Source: Alphaproteobacteria bacterium (GTDB taxonomy: Bacteria > Pseudomonadota > Alphaproteobacteria > SP197). Taken from it: 64,000 nucleotides of DNA. Within the stretch, counting starts at the first letter, position 1. Every line of letters begins with the position of its first letter. The position numbers and the translations under genes are program-made. Location: assembly GCA_964291415.2 (NCBI GenBank), contig OZ219918.1:448001-512000 (forward strand), given 5' to 3'. Under the pieces are notes generated by a model, which searched no databases, was not told where the DNA came from, and worked only from the letters and a program-made list of their open reading frames with translations. Positions 28,407 to 36,771 of the stretch are shown one piece after another.

Positions 28407-28796
28407 ATGAGTATCGATGTCAACAGCTGGGCAGCCAAGTACAAGCAGCTCACCAATGCTGACGAAACCATTCAATGCATGGGAAGGTATTACACCTGTA
28501 CGTTCATGTTCGACATGGGCACACGGAAGGTCATCGTCGAAATGCACGATGGCAAGGTGAAGGGCATCAACACGAACCCGGCGCCGATGGATCCCTACGA
28601 TTTTGCCTTGCGCGCCAGTCCTGAGACCTGGCGCGAGTTTGCCCAGCCGATGCCCAAGCCAATGTATCACGGCATCTTTTCGGCGAGCTTCCAGCGTGAC
28701 CTCAAACTCGAGGGCAATTTGCTGGTGTTGATGCAGAACCTGAGGAATTTCACCGTGCAGTTCGAGTTGCTGCGCCAGTCCGGCGTCCCGGTCTAG
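28407..28796 (+). CDS. SCP2 sterol/lipid-carrier-like small protein
   Basis: DFALRASPETW and LKLEGNLLVLMQNL resemble SCP2-domain C-termini; size 129 aa. Confidence 0.6.
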   Translation: MSIDVNSWAAKYKQLTNADETIQCMGRYYTCTFMFDMGTRKVIVEMHDGKVKGINTNPAPMDPYDFALRASPETWREFAQPMPKPMYHGIFSASFQRDLKLEGNLLVLMQNLRNFTVQFELLRQSGVPV

Positions 28797-28848
28797 GCCG
28801 GTCGCCACTACGCCACGAAACACGAACGCCAAGTCGAGGGCAACAACC

Positions 28849-29700
28849 ATGGTCAAGCATTCTCCGGTCACCGGCCGCTACGTCACGATCGAAGTTGACG
28901 GCAACGAGTACAAAGTCTTCTACCTGCACAATGGCACCGGACAGCCGCTGATTTGTCAGCACACGGCGGGTGCTCACAATCATCAATGGCGTGGCCTTCT
29001 GGAGGACGAGGAGATCACCCGGGACTACAACGTGATTGCCTACGACCTGCCGCGTCACGGCAAGTCGGATCCGCCGCACAACAAGGAGTGGTGGAAAGAT
29101 GAGTACCGCCTGACGGCTGACCACTACGTCAACTTCATCGTCACGTTATGCGACGCACTTGAACTCAAGGAACCGATCTTCATGGGGTCGTCCTTCGGCG
29201 GCAACGTGGCGCTGCAGCTTGCGCTGAGGCGGCCGGACCGTTTCAAGGCGGTGATTCCCGTTGAGGCAGCCGACTATGCGCCTGGCTTCTTTCTCGATTG
29301 GTGGCGCCATCCGCACGCCAACGCCGCCCAGGTCTGCGCCTCGGGAGTGTGGGACTTGATGGCCCCGCAATCCCCGGACATGGACCGATGGCTCACTTGG
29401 CACTACTACACGCAGGGTTCGGAGGCCTTCAAAGGCGATCTCTACTTCTATTCGGTCGACCACGACCTGCGTGACGAGCTTGTCAACATCGACGGGAGGC
29501 GGTGCCCTGTCATCATGATGACGGGGACATACGATTACCTGACGCCCCCCGAGGCAACCGAGAATACCGCGCGCCAGATCAAGGGCGGCGTCTACATTGA
29601 AATGGAGGACATCGGGCATTTTCCCATGAGCGAGAATCATGAACTGTTCCGTGTCTATCTCAAGGAGGCGCTGCGCATCATCAGGGAGCGCAAAGGCTGA
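28849..29700 (+). CDS. alpha/beta-fold hydrolase
   Basis: QHTAG oxyanion region, DLPRHGKS, nucleophile GSSFGG, G.YDY, GHFP. Confidence 0.9.
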   Translation: MVKHSPVTGRYVTIEVDGNEYKVFYLHNGTGQPLICQHTAGAHNHQWRGLLEDEEITRDYNVIAYDLPRHGKSDPPHNKEWWKDEYRLTADHYVNFIVTLCDALELKEPIFMGSSFGGNVALQLALRRPDRFKAVIPVEAADYAPGFFLDWWRHPHANAAQVCASGVWDLMAPQSPDMDRWLTWHYYTQGSEAFKGDLYFYSVDHDLRDELVNIDGRRCPVIMMTGTYDYLTPPEATENTARQIKGGVYIEMEDIGHFPMSENHELFRVYLKEALRIIRERKG

Positions 29701-30094
29701 CACATCGCCTGTACGGGCAAGGGCGCGATCGTGGATCCCGCCGTCGGTTTCCAGTCACGCGTTGACTGCGGGACTTGACGTCACGGTATCGGGCTCATTC
29801 TTGAGTTCTGGTGCGGGCGCGCTCCACGTTTCGGGCGATGAGGCAGAGTGTCGGGATGACGAAACAGACTGGAGTTGCCGCGGGGACTCAACATGATCGG
29901 CTACTTCGAGGACGGTTTTCCCGGCGCCCATGCCCAGCGGTGCCTGCTCGCCAGGTCCGGTTGACGAGAAAAACCCCGCCATTTCCTGCAGCGACGCCGT
30001 GCATTGCTGACGGTCCGGCATGGCGCCGTGGTGTCCGGCCATCGGGCGTTGCGAGCCTGGCGTCTGGCTCGATCCGACAAGACGAGGCAGTTTC

Positions 30095-30985
30095 ATGAAC
30101 GCACACGAGGGACATGTGCCGCTCTGCCAGGGAGCCGATCCGTCGCCACGCCCTTCGTGGGTCGGGATGCCGGAGGGGGCCTGCGACGCGCACATGCACA
30201 TCTTCGGGGCCCGCGCACGCTATCCGATGGTGCCGGACCGCAACTATACTCCGCCGGAAGCAACGGTCGAAGCCTACGAGGCGCTGGCCCGTGTGCTTCA
30301 CATTCGGCGAACGGTGATCGTCCAGCCCAGCGTCTACGGTGTCGACAATGCGTGCACGCTCGATGCTCTGCTGGCCCTGTCGCTTGAAGCCCGTGCCATC
30401 GTGGCAGTCGACAACAGCGTGAGCGACGCCGAGCTTCAGCGCCTGCATGCCCGAGGCGCCCGGGGCATTCGCTTCAATCTGCTGATGAGAGGCGGTATCG
30501 GGATCACGGACGCCGAATGCCTTGCCGAGCGCATCAAGGGCATGGGCTGGCATATCGAGGTGATGATGGACGTTTCCTCCGACCCGGAGCTTACCGAGCG
30601 CCTCGGCCGTCTCGGTGTGCCAGTCGTGTTCGATCACATCGGTCATATCCGACCGGGCACTCGCACTGATGATCCGGGTTTCCAGGCCATGGTCCGACTG
30701 GTGGGAGATGGGGGCGCCTGGGTCAAGCTCTCGGGTGCCTACCGCGTCACGGTCGAGGATCGGACCCCCTATGCGGATGTCGGCGCGCATGTCCGTGTCC
30801 TGCTCGAAGTCAATCCGCAACGGTGCCTCTGGGCCACCGACTGGCCGCACCCAGGCATCAACGTCCCGATGCCCAACGACGGCGCCCTGCTTGACATGCT
30901 CGGCTACTGGGCACGCGACGCAGCGCTGCGCCGTCGCATACTGGTCGACAACCCCGCTGATCTCTACGGCTTCGGAGCGCTCTAG
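30095..30985 (+). CDS. amidohydrolase_2 family, 2-pyrone-4,6-dicarboxylate lactonase (LigI)-like
   Basis: CDAHMH, VQPSVYGVDN, RGIRFN, FDHIG, WVKLSGAYR, WATDWPH. Confidence 0.85.
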   Translation: MNAHEGHVPLCQGADPSPRPSWVGMPEGACDAHMHIFGARARYPMVPDRNYTPPEATVEAYEALARVLHIRRTVIVQPSVYGVDNACTLDALLALSLEARAIVAVDNSVSDAELQRLHARGARGIRFNLLMRGGIGITDAECLAERIKGMGWHIEVMMDVSSDPELTERLGRLGVPVVFDHIGHIRPGTRTDDPGFQAMVRLVGDGGAWVKLSGAYRVTVEDRTPYADVGAHVRVLLEVNPQRCLWATDWPHPGINVPMPNDGALLDMLGYWARDAALRRRILVDNPADLYGFGAL

Positions 30986-31390
30986 TCCGAGCACAGCCAT
31001 TCATTTGTCAAGGTCAGCCGGATCCGCAGGTGACGTGACGGTGAATTCACCGTGAGATTTCATGCCGTCGGTTCTTCCAACAATGCACCGGTCACGCATC
31101 CACAACGCGGCTGGCCCCATCAGACCGCCATATGATGCTCGCGGGGTATGCTCCCAGGGCATCGACGCACCCTCAAGGGCGTGTTCAATGGTGCCCGTAG
31201 CGTCGATCGCCTGCCTGGACCGCAGTCTCTCATCGACATTCCAACATCTGCGGGCGTTCGTGGATCAGCGTTAGCTGAAGGCTTTCCTTGGAGGTTGGAG
31301 CGAAGCAGCAGGCTTTGGCCGCAGGCACGATGTCACGAGCCTCCAGACGAATCAGGCGCGAGTGGCGCAAGCGGGGACAAGGAGCAATCC

Positions 31391-31771
31391 ATGATGGACC
31401 TGAAACGAAGCGGTGTGATCGTGTTCACCGAGCAGTACGAGGCGTGTGTCGACTTCTATCGTCGGGTCCTGGAACTGCCGGAAATGTTCTCGCTCGATGA
31501 CGAGCATTCCACGCTCACCTGCCTGGACATGGGCGGGAGCTACCTGATGATCGAAACCGGCGGCACGGCGATGCCGAAAGGGCGATCCATCGAGCAATGC
31601 CCGGTCAAGCTGAGGTTCAACGTCGCCGACGTCGATGCTGCCGCCCGTCTTCTGGAGTCGCGCGGCGTCATCGTCGTCATCAGACGAGAGGCCTGGGGAA
31701 CTGTCGGCGATTTCGTCGATCCGGACGGGAACCGCTGTTCGCTGCGCGACGAAGACTCGTTCCTTCCGTAA
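31391..31771 (+). CDS. VOC/glyoxalase family protein
   Basis: CVDFYRRVL, LRFNVADVD, WG..GDFVDPDGN; AAGGAG SD. Confidence 0.85.
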   Translation: MMDLKRSGVIVFTEQYEACVDFYRRVLELPEMFSLDDEHSTLTCLDMGGSYLMIETGGTAMPKGRSIEQCPVKLRFNVADVDAAARLLESRGVIVVIRREAWGTVGDFVDPDGNRCSLRDEDSFLP

Positions 31772-31838
31772 GTTCCCGGAGGGTGTTTCACCAGCGACAC
31801 TCGTCCATGAGGGCGCAGGTTCCGCCACGCCCTTTCAG

Positions 31839-32321
31839 TCAATTCCGGGCCTGGAGATCCTCGGGGGAATCGCCCAAGAGGTAACGCGGACCGGGACCCA
31901 GGCTGCCGGCGACATCACCGTGGTTGTAGAGAGCGCAACTGTCGAGCGACAGGCATCCGCAGCCGATGCATGACGCAAGCTGGTCCCGCAAGCGTTCGAG
32001 AGCGGCGATCCGTTTGTCGAGCCATGGTTTCCATCGTCTCGCAAGCTCCTGCCAGTCCGCGCGGGTCGGAGACCGGCCCGCGGGCAGATCGTCGAGCATC
32101 GCGCGCACTTCCTCGAGTGTCAGGCCCACCCGTTGCGCGGCCCGGATGAACGAGACCCGGCGAATCACGTCGCGCGCATAGCGCCTCTGATTGCCCGGCG
32201 TGCGCAGCGACTCGATCAAGGCCTTTTCCTCGTAGAAGCGGAGCGCTGACGTAGCGAGCCCCGTGCGCCGGGCAACGTCTCCGATCGAGAGGCTGGTTTT
32301 CTGCCATCGCGTGGTCTGCAT
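31839..32321 (-). CDS. soxR: redox-sensitive transcriptional activator SoxR
   Basis: MerR HTH LSIGDVARRTG..SALRFYE, GNQRRY, [2Fe-2S] motif CIGCGCLSLDSC. Confidence 0.95.
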   Translation of the reverse strand: MQTTRWQKTSLSIGDVARRTGLATSALRFYEEKALIESLRTPGNQRRYARDVIRRVSFIRAAQRVGLTLEEVRAMLDDLPAGRSPTRADWQELARRWKPWLDKRIAALERLRDQLASCIGCGCLSLDSCALYNHGDVAGSLGPGPRYLLGDSPEDLQARN

Positions 32322-32325
32322 GGTC

Positions 32326-32356
32326 TTGACCTCAAGTTTACTTGAAGTTTTAGCAT
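32326..32356 (+). promoter_or_regulatory. SoxR-activated promoter with sox box
   Basis: -35 TTGACC (32326-32331), 19-bp spacer, -10 TAGCAT (32351-32356); dyad CCTCAAGTTTACTTGAAG (32330-32347) close to the canonical CCTCAAGTTAACTTGAGG. Confidence 0.88.
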
Positions 32357-32388
32357 CGCTTCCAGGCGCATCGCAAAGGGAGATCGCC

Positions 32389-33857
32389 ATGCAGGAGAAG
32401 GTGCACGGCCGGTTCCGGACTCGCAGACCGTCAGCTGGCGCGAGGTCGTGCGCGCGAAGGCACTTGCCCCTGTTGCTCGTGATGTGCCTGGCTGATCTGG
32501 TTGCATGCGGCCAACACGTTGCTGGCAGCGACGACACTTCCGGAAGCGGTCGGCGACATCGGCGGCCTGCGCCTCATCAGTTGGGCATTCGCCCTTTACC
32601 TGATGGGTTCGATCGTCGCCGCCGGCGGCGGTGAGCGCCTTCGTGGCGCGTACCGGACTGCGCCTTGCCATGCTGGTTTCGGCGCTGCTCTACACCTTCG
32701 GGTGCATTGCGTGTGCCGCGGCGCCGGCGATGCCCGTCCTGCTTGCGGGCCGCACGGTGCAGGGAGCGGGCGGCGGAGCGCTGGTCGCACTGGTCTTCAT
32801 TGCCCAGAACCGTTTCTTCCCGGATCGGCTGGTGCCGAGGATCGTCGCATGCCTTTCATTGACATGGACGGCTTCCGCGCTCAGCGGACCGCTCATCGGT
32901 GGTGCGTTCGCGACCGCTGGCCTGTGGCGCTTCGCCTTCTGGTCGTTCGCCTTGCAGGGTGTGGTGCTGGCGGTGTTGCTGTATCCGATGCTTGCCCGCG
33001 CAAGGTCCGATGCGCCCCTGGAGGCAAGGCAACTCCCGGTTGTGCGCCTGATGTTAGTCGCCGGCGCCATCCTCGTGATCTCGTTTGCGGGAGCCGCCAG
33101 TTCGGTCCTCGTCTCGGCCGTGCTCCTGCTGGCGGGGTGCATGTGCGTGTGGCTGTTTGCCGTGCGCGACGCCGCCGCGTCCCGCCGTCTCAGGCTTCTG
33201 CCAAACCATGCGACCAGCCTCGCCCATCCTGTCGGATGCGGCATTGCGATGACCTTCGTGCTCGGTCTTTGCATGATGTCGTTCAGCGTCTACGGCCCCA
33301 TTCTGCTGATCCGGCTGTATGGTCTGACACCTCTTGAGGCCGGCCTTGTGGTGGTGACCGAATCGCTCGGCTGGGGTGCCGGCGCGTTTTTCCTGTCCGG
33401 ACTGGCGCCCACATACGAGGGCCGGCTGATTCGGCTTGGCAGTGTCCTGCTGGCGGCCGGACTCGCCGCACAGGCGTGGTTTGTTCCCCATGGTCCGTTG
33501 TGGTTTGTCGTCGCATCCGCCTTCATCGGCAACGCCGGATTCGGCATGATCTGGGGCTACGTCATCAAGCACGTGGTCGCGAGCACCGGGCGCGATGACC
33601 GGGACCGGGCGAGTTCCATGCTGCCGAGTACACAGCAGACCGCATTCGCGATCGGCGCCGCGCTGACCGGTATCATCGCCAACGCGCTCGGGTTCGAGCG
33701 GATGTCGCAGCCCGGGGAGTTCAGAACCGCCGCACTTTGGCTTTTCGGCGCCTTCGTGCCGCCCGCCGTGATCGGAACCTTGATCGCGTGGCGCTTCAGC
33801 CGCCTTATCGCCCCCGCCCGCTGCCCATCTCCTGCAGATTCCTTGAAACCTGATTGA
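32389..33857 (+). pseudogene. MFS efflux transporter with at least two frameshifts in its first 250 bp (pseudogene or sequence error)
   Basis: MFS N-terminus is spread over three frames: ...LPLLLVMCLA / IWLHAANTLLAATTLP..YLMGSIVAAG / VSAFVARTGLR...; apparent extra bases near 32494 and 32630. Confidence 0.75.
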
Positions 33858-33951
33858 TGGATGTCACGGCAGCGGCCTGCCTCCGGTCGCCAGGGTGGCG
33901 TCCGTCAGGATCTCGAACACGCGTCGGAGACTCCGGGCGATTCCGCTGGGA

Positions 33952-35124
33952 TCAGGGGCCGATGGCGTCGAGTGAAGCGTCGAGTTCGGCGATGAGGTCG
34001 GTCTCGTCCTCGATGCCCACCGAGAGGCGCACCAGGCTGTCGGTGATTCCCAGTTCCTCGCGCACGCCGGCCGGCACGGAGGCATGGGTCATGATGGCGG
34101 GGTGCTCGATCAGGCTCTCGACACCGCCGAGGCTCTCGGCAAGGGCAAAGAGACGGCACGCCTCGAGGAACCTGCGGGTTCCGGCGAGGTCGGTGTCGAG
34201 AACGGCCGACACCATGCCCCCGAAGGCGTTCATCTGGGTCGAGGCAAGACGGTGCTGCGGGTGAGTGGCCAGTCCGGGATAGTGGACGCGCCTGACCCGT
34301 GGGTGCCTCTCGAGGTGCCGGGCGATGGCGAGCGCATTGGCCGAGTGACGCTCCATCCTGAGGTGCAGGGTCTTCAGCCCCCTCAGGGCGAGGAAGGCGT
34401 CGAAAGGCCCCTGGATGCCGCCGACAGCGTTCTGCAGATAGCCGAGTCGATCAACGAGGCCGCTGTCGTCCGCAGCCACGACGAGTCCTCCGACCATGTC
34501 CGAATGGCCGTTGAGGTACTTGGTCACGGAATGGACGACGAGATCGAAGCCGTGATCGATCGGCCGCTGGATCCACGGCGTGGCGAAGGTGTTGTCGCAG
34601 ACCGCGATGCACCCCGCTTCGCGGGCGACGCGGCTCACCATGGAAAGATTGACCACGGACAGCAGGGGGTTGGTCGGCGTTTCCACCCAGATCATCCGGG
34701 TATCCCGGGTCATGGCGCTGCGCAGCGCCGCCTCGTCGGTCATGTCGACAAAACTGAAGGACAGTCCGGCACTGTCCTGGCGGACACCGGTAAAGAGCCT
34801 GCGGGTGCCGCCGTAAAGGTCATCCCCCGCCACCACATGGCTCCCCGACGCCAGAAGTTCCAGAATTGTCGACGTCGCGGCGAGCCCGGACGCGAAGGCG
34901 AAACCCCGGCTGCCATTCTCGAGATCGGCAACGCAGGCCTCCAGGGCCCCGCGTGTCGGATTCTGGGATCGCGAATACTCATACCCCTTGTGGACACCCG
35001 GGCTCTCCTGGACATAGGTCGACGTGGCATAGATCGGTGTCATGATGGCCCCGGTCGAAGGATCGGCCGACTGGCCCGCATGGATGGCCCGGGAGGCGAA
35101 TCGGGGGCGATTGGGACGTGTCAT
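33952..35124 (-). CDS. metB: cystathionine gamma-synthase/gamma-lyase (Cys/Met metabolism PLP enzyme)
   Basis: YEYSRSQNPTR, FASGLAA, WVETPTNP, DNTFATP, HSVTKYLNGHSD, LAESLGGVESL. Confidence 0.85.
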   Translation of the reverse strand: MTRPNRPRFASRAIHAGQSADPSTGAIMTPIYATSTYVQESPGVHKGYEYSRSQNPTRGALEACVADLENGSRGFAFASGLAATSTILELLASGSHVVAGDDLYGGTRRLFTGVRQDSAGLSFSFVDMTDEAALRSAMTRDTRMIWVETPTNPLLSVVNLSMVSRVAREAGCIAVCDNTFATPWIQRPIDHGFDLVVHSVTKYLNGHSDMVGGLVVAADDSGLVDRLGYLQNAVGGIQGPFDAFLALRGLKTLHLRMERHSANALAIARHLERHPRVRRVHYPGLATHPQHRLASTQMNAFGGMVSAVLDTDLAGTRRFLEACRLFALAESLGGVESLIEHPAIMTHASVPAGVREELGITDSLVRLSVGIEDETDLIAELDASLDAIGP

Positions 35125-35233
35125 GGGGTCGAACTCATCTGTGACGTTCCTTCCTTGCAGTCTTGCCCCGTCCAGCGTCAAGCTGCGGCGCTTCCCCTTT
35201 TCAGGATGGTCCGATCCGGCGGGAGACGGGAGA

Positions 35234-36670
35234 ATGGTGATGAGCGACGACGATCTCAACTACATGTCCGCTTCGCAGGCGGCGCGGTGCTTTAGGGAAC
35301 GCACACTGTCGCCGGTGGACCTGCTGGAGTCCCTGATCGAACGGGCCGAGGCCATATCCGACACCATCAATCCCTTTGGCGACTGTTACTTCGACGAGGC
35401 GCGCCAGCAGGCAAGGGAAGCCGAGAAGGCCTTCATGGGCGGCGGCGCGGACCCCGGACCGCTGGCCGGTGTTCCCCTGGCGGTCAAGGATTCCTCGCGC
35501 ATCTCCGGCAGGCGGTCGGCGCGGGGCTCGATGATCTACCGGGACAACATCGACGAGGTGACCGATCCCGACATCGCGAGGCTTCTGGAGGCCGGCGCCA
35601 TCCTCTTCGCGCGCACGACGATGCCCGAGTTCGGGTGGCTCTATACAACCCACTCGCGCCTGTGGGGTGTCACCCACAATCCCTGGCGCCACGGTATCTC
35701 TCCCGGCGGCTCCTCCGGCGGTTCGGCTGCCGCCCTGGCCGCCGGCGCCACCACCATCGCCACCGGTGGCGACAGCACGGGCTCGATCCGGCAACCGGCA
35801 AGCCAGTGCGGGATCGTCGGCTGGCAGGCGCCTTTCGGACGCATTCCCATGCCCGGAAGGAGCAGCTTTGCCATGTACCTGCATCACGGGCCCATGACCC
35901 GTTCGGTGAGGGATGCGGCGTGGATGGCCAATCTCATGTCGGGCCCCCATCCCCTCGATCACAACAGCCTGGCCGACAGGGTCACGGTGCCGGAAGACCC
36001 CGACAGCATCGCCGGCATGAAGATCGCCTGTTCGATCGATCTGGGTTGCTACGAGGTCATCGCCGACGTGGAACGTCAGACGCGTCTGGCCCTGGCGGCT
36101 CTCGAGGATGCCGGGGCCGTCATCACCGAGGTGCCGGTGGACTGGGCTGAAGAGGCGATTCGCCTCGGTCACGGCGGTCAGGAGTTCCTTGCCGCCGACG
36201 AGTTCGCGAAGATCCTCGAAAATCACGGCGACATCGTCAGCGACTACATGCCCGAGCTCGTGGCCACCACCAGGCGCTTCACGGCTGCCGATTACAGTCG
36301 CTCGCTGGAGGTCGCCGGCGAGGTCTGGAACAACCATCTCGGACCCCTCTTCGAGCGCCATGACATCTTCATCACACCCACGGTGTCCTGTCCGCACCTC
36401 CCGGCGACGGCGTGGCAGCAGGACACCGTCAACGTCAACGGCAAGGATGTCACCGACACCCAGACCGCCATGACCGTGCTGTGGAACATGTTCGGCCATT
36501 CGCCGGTGCTTGCGGTGCCGTCAGGGTTGACCGCAGACGGTCTTCCGACCGGTATCCAGATCGTCGGCCGGCCCTTCGCGGACGGTTCGGTGTTCCGTGT
36601 CGGTCACGCGCTGGAGGAACGCCGTCCCTGGCTCGACTGCCCGGAACGCCGGCCCGTGCTGGCCCTCTGA
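35234..36670 (+). CDS. amidase signature family enzyme
   Basis: GVPLAVKD, PGGSSGGS, GGDSTGSIRQPA. Confidence 0.92.
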   Translation: MVMSDDDLNYMSASQAARCFRERTLSPVDLLESLIERAEAISDTINPFGDCYFDEARQQAREAEKAFMGGGADPGPLAGVPLAVKDSSRISGRRSARGSMIYRDNIDEVTDPDIARLLEAGAILFARTTMPEFGWLYTTHSRLWGVTHNPWRHGISPGGSSGGSAAALAAGATTIATGGDSTGSIRQPASQCGIVGWQAPFGRIPMPGRSSFAMYLHHGPMTRSVRDAAWMANLMSGPHPLDHNSLADRVTVPEDPDSIAGMKIACSIDLGCYEVIADVERQTRLALAALEDAGAVITEVPVDWAEEAIRLGHGGQEFLAADEFAKILENHGDIVSDYMPELVATTRRFTAADYSRSLEVAGEVWNNHLGPLFERHDIFITPTVSCPHLPATAWQQDTVNVNGKDVTDTQTAMTVLWNMFGHSPVLAVPSGLTADGLPTGIQIVGRPFADGSVFRVGHALEERRPWLDCPERRPVLAL

Positions 36671-36771
36671 ACGGGGAGTACCGGCGCCTGGTCCCAGATC
36701 TGCCTTCCGATGGATTGTGATCCGGCCGGAGGTCGATTGGAATGGCGGCTGTTGCGGTCTAGCATCCCGGC

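Noticed and set aside
29820-29875. Hammerhead-like string GTTTC..CGATGAG..CGAAAC
   Set aside because: The core reads GCGATGA rather than CTGATGA, and stems I and II cannot be formed convincingly.
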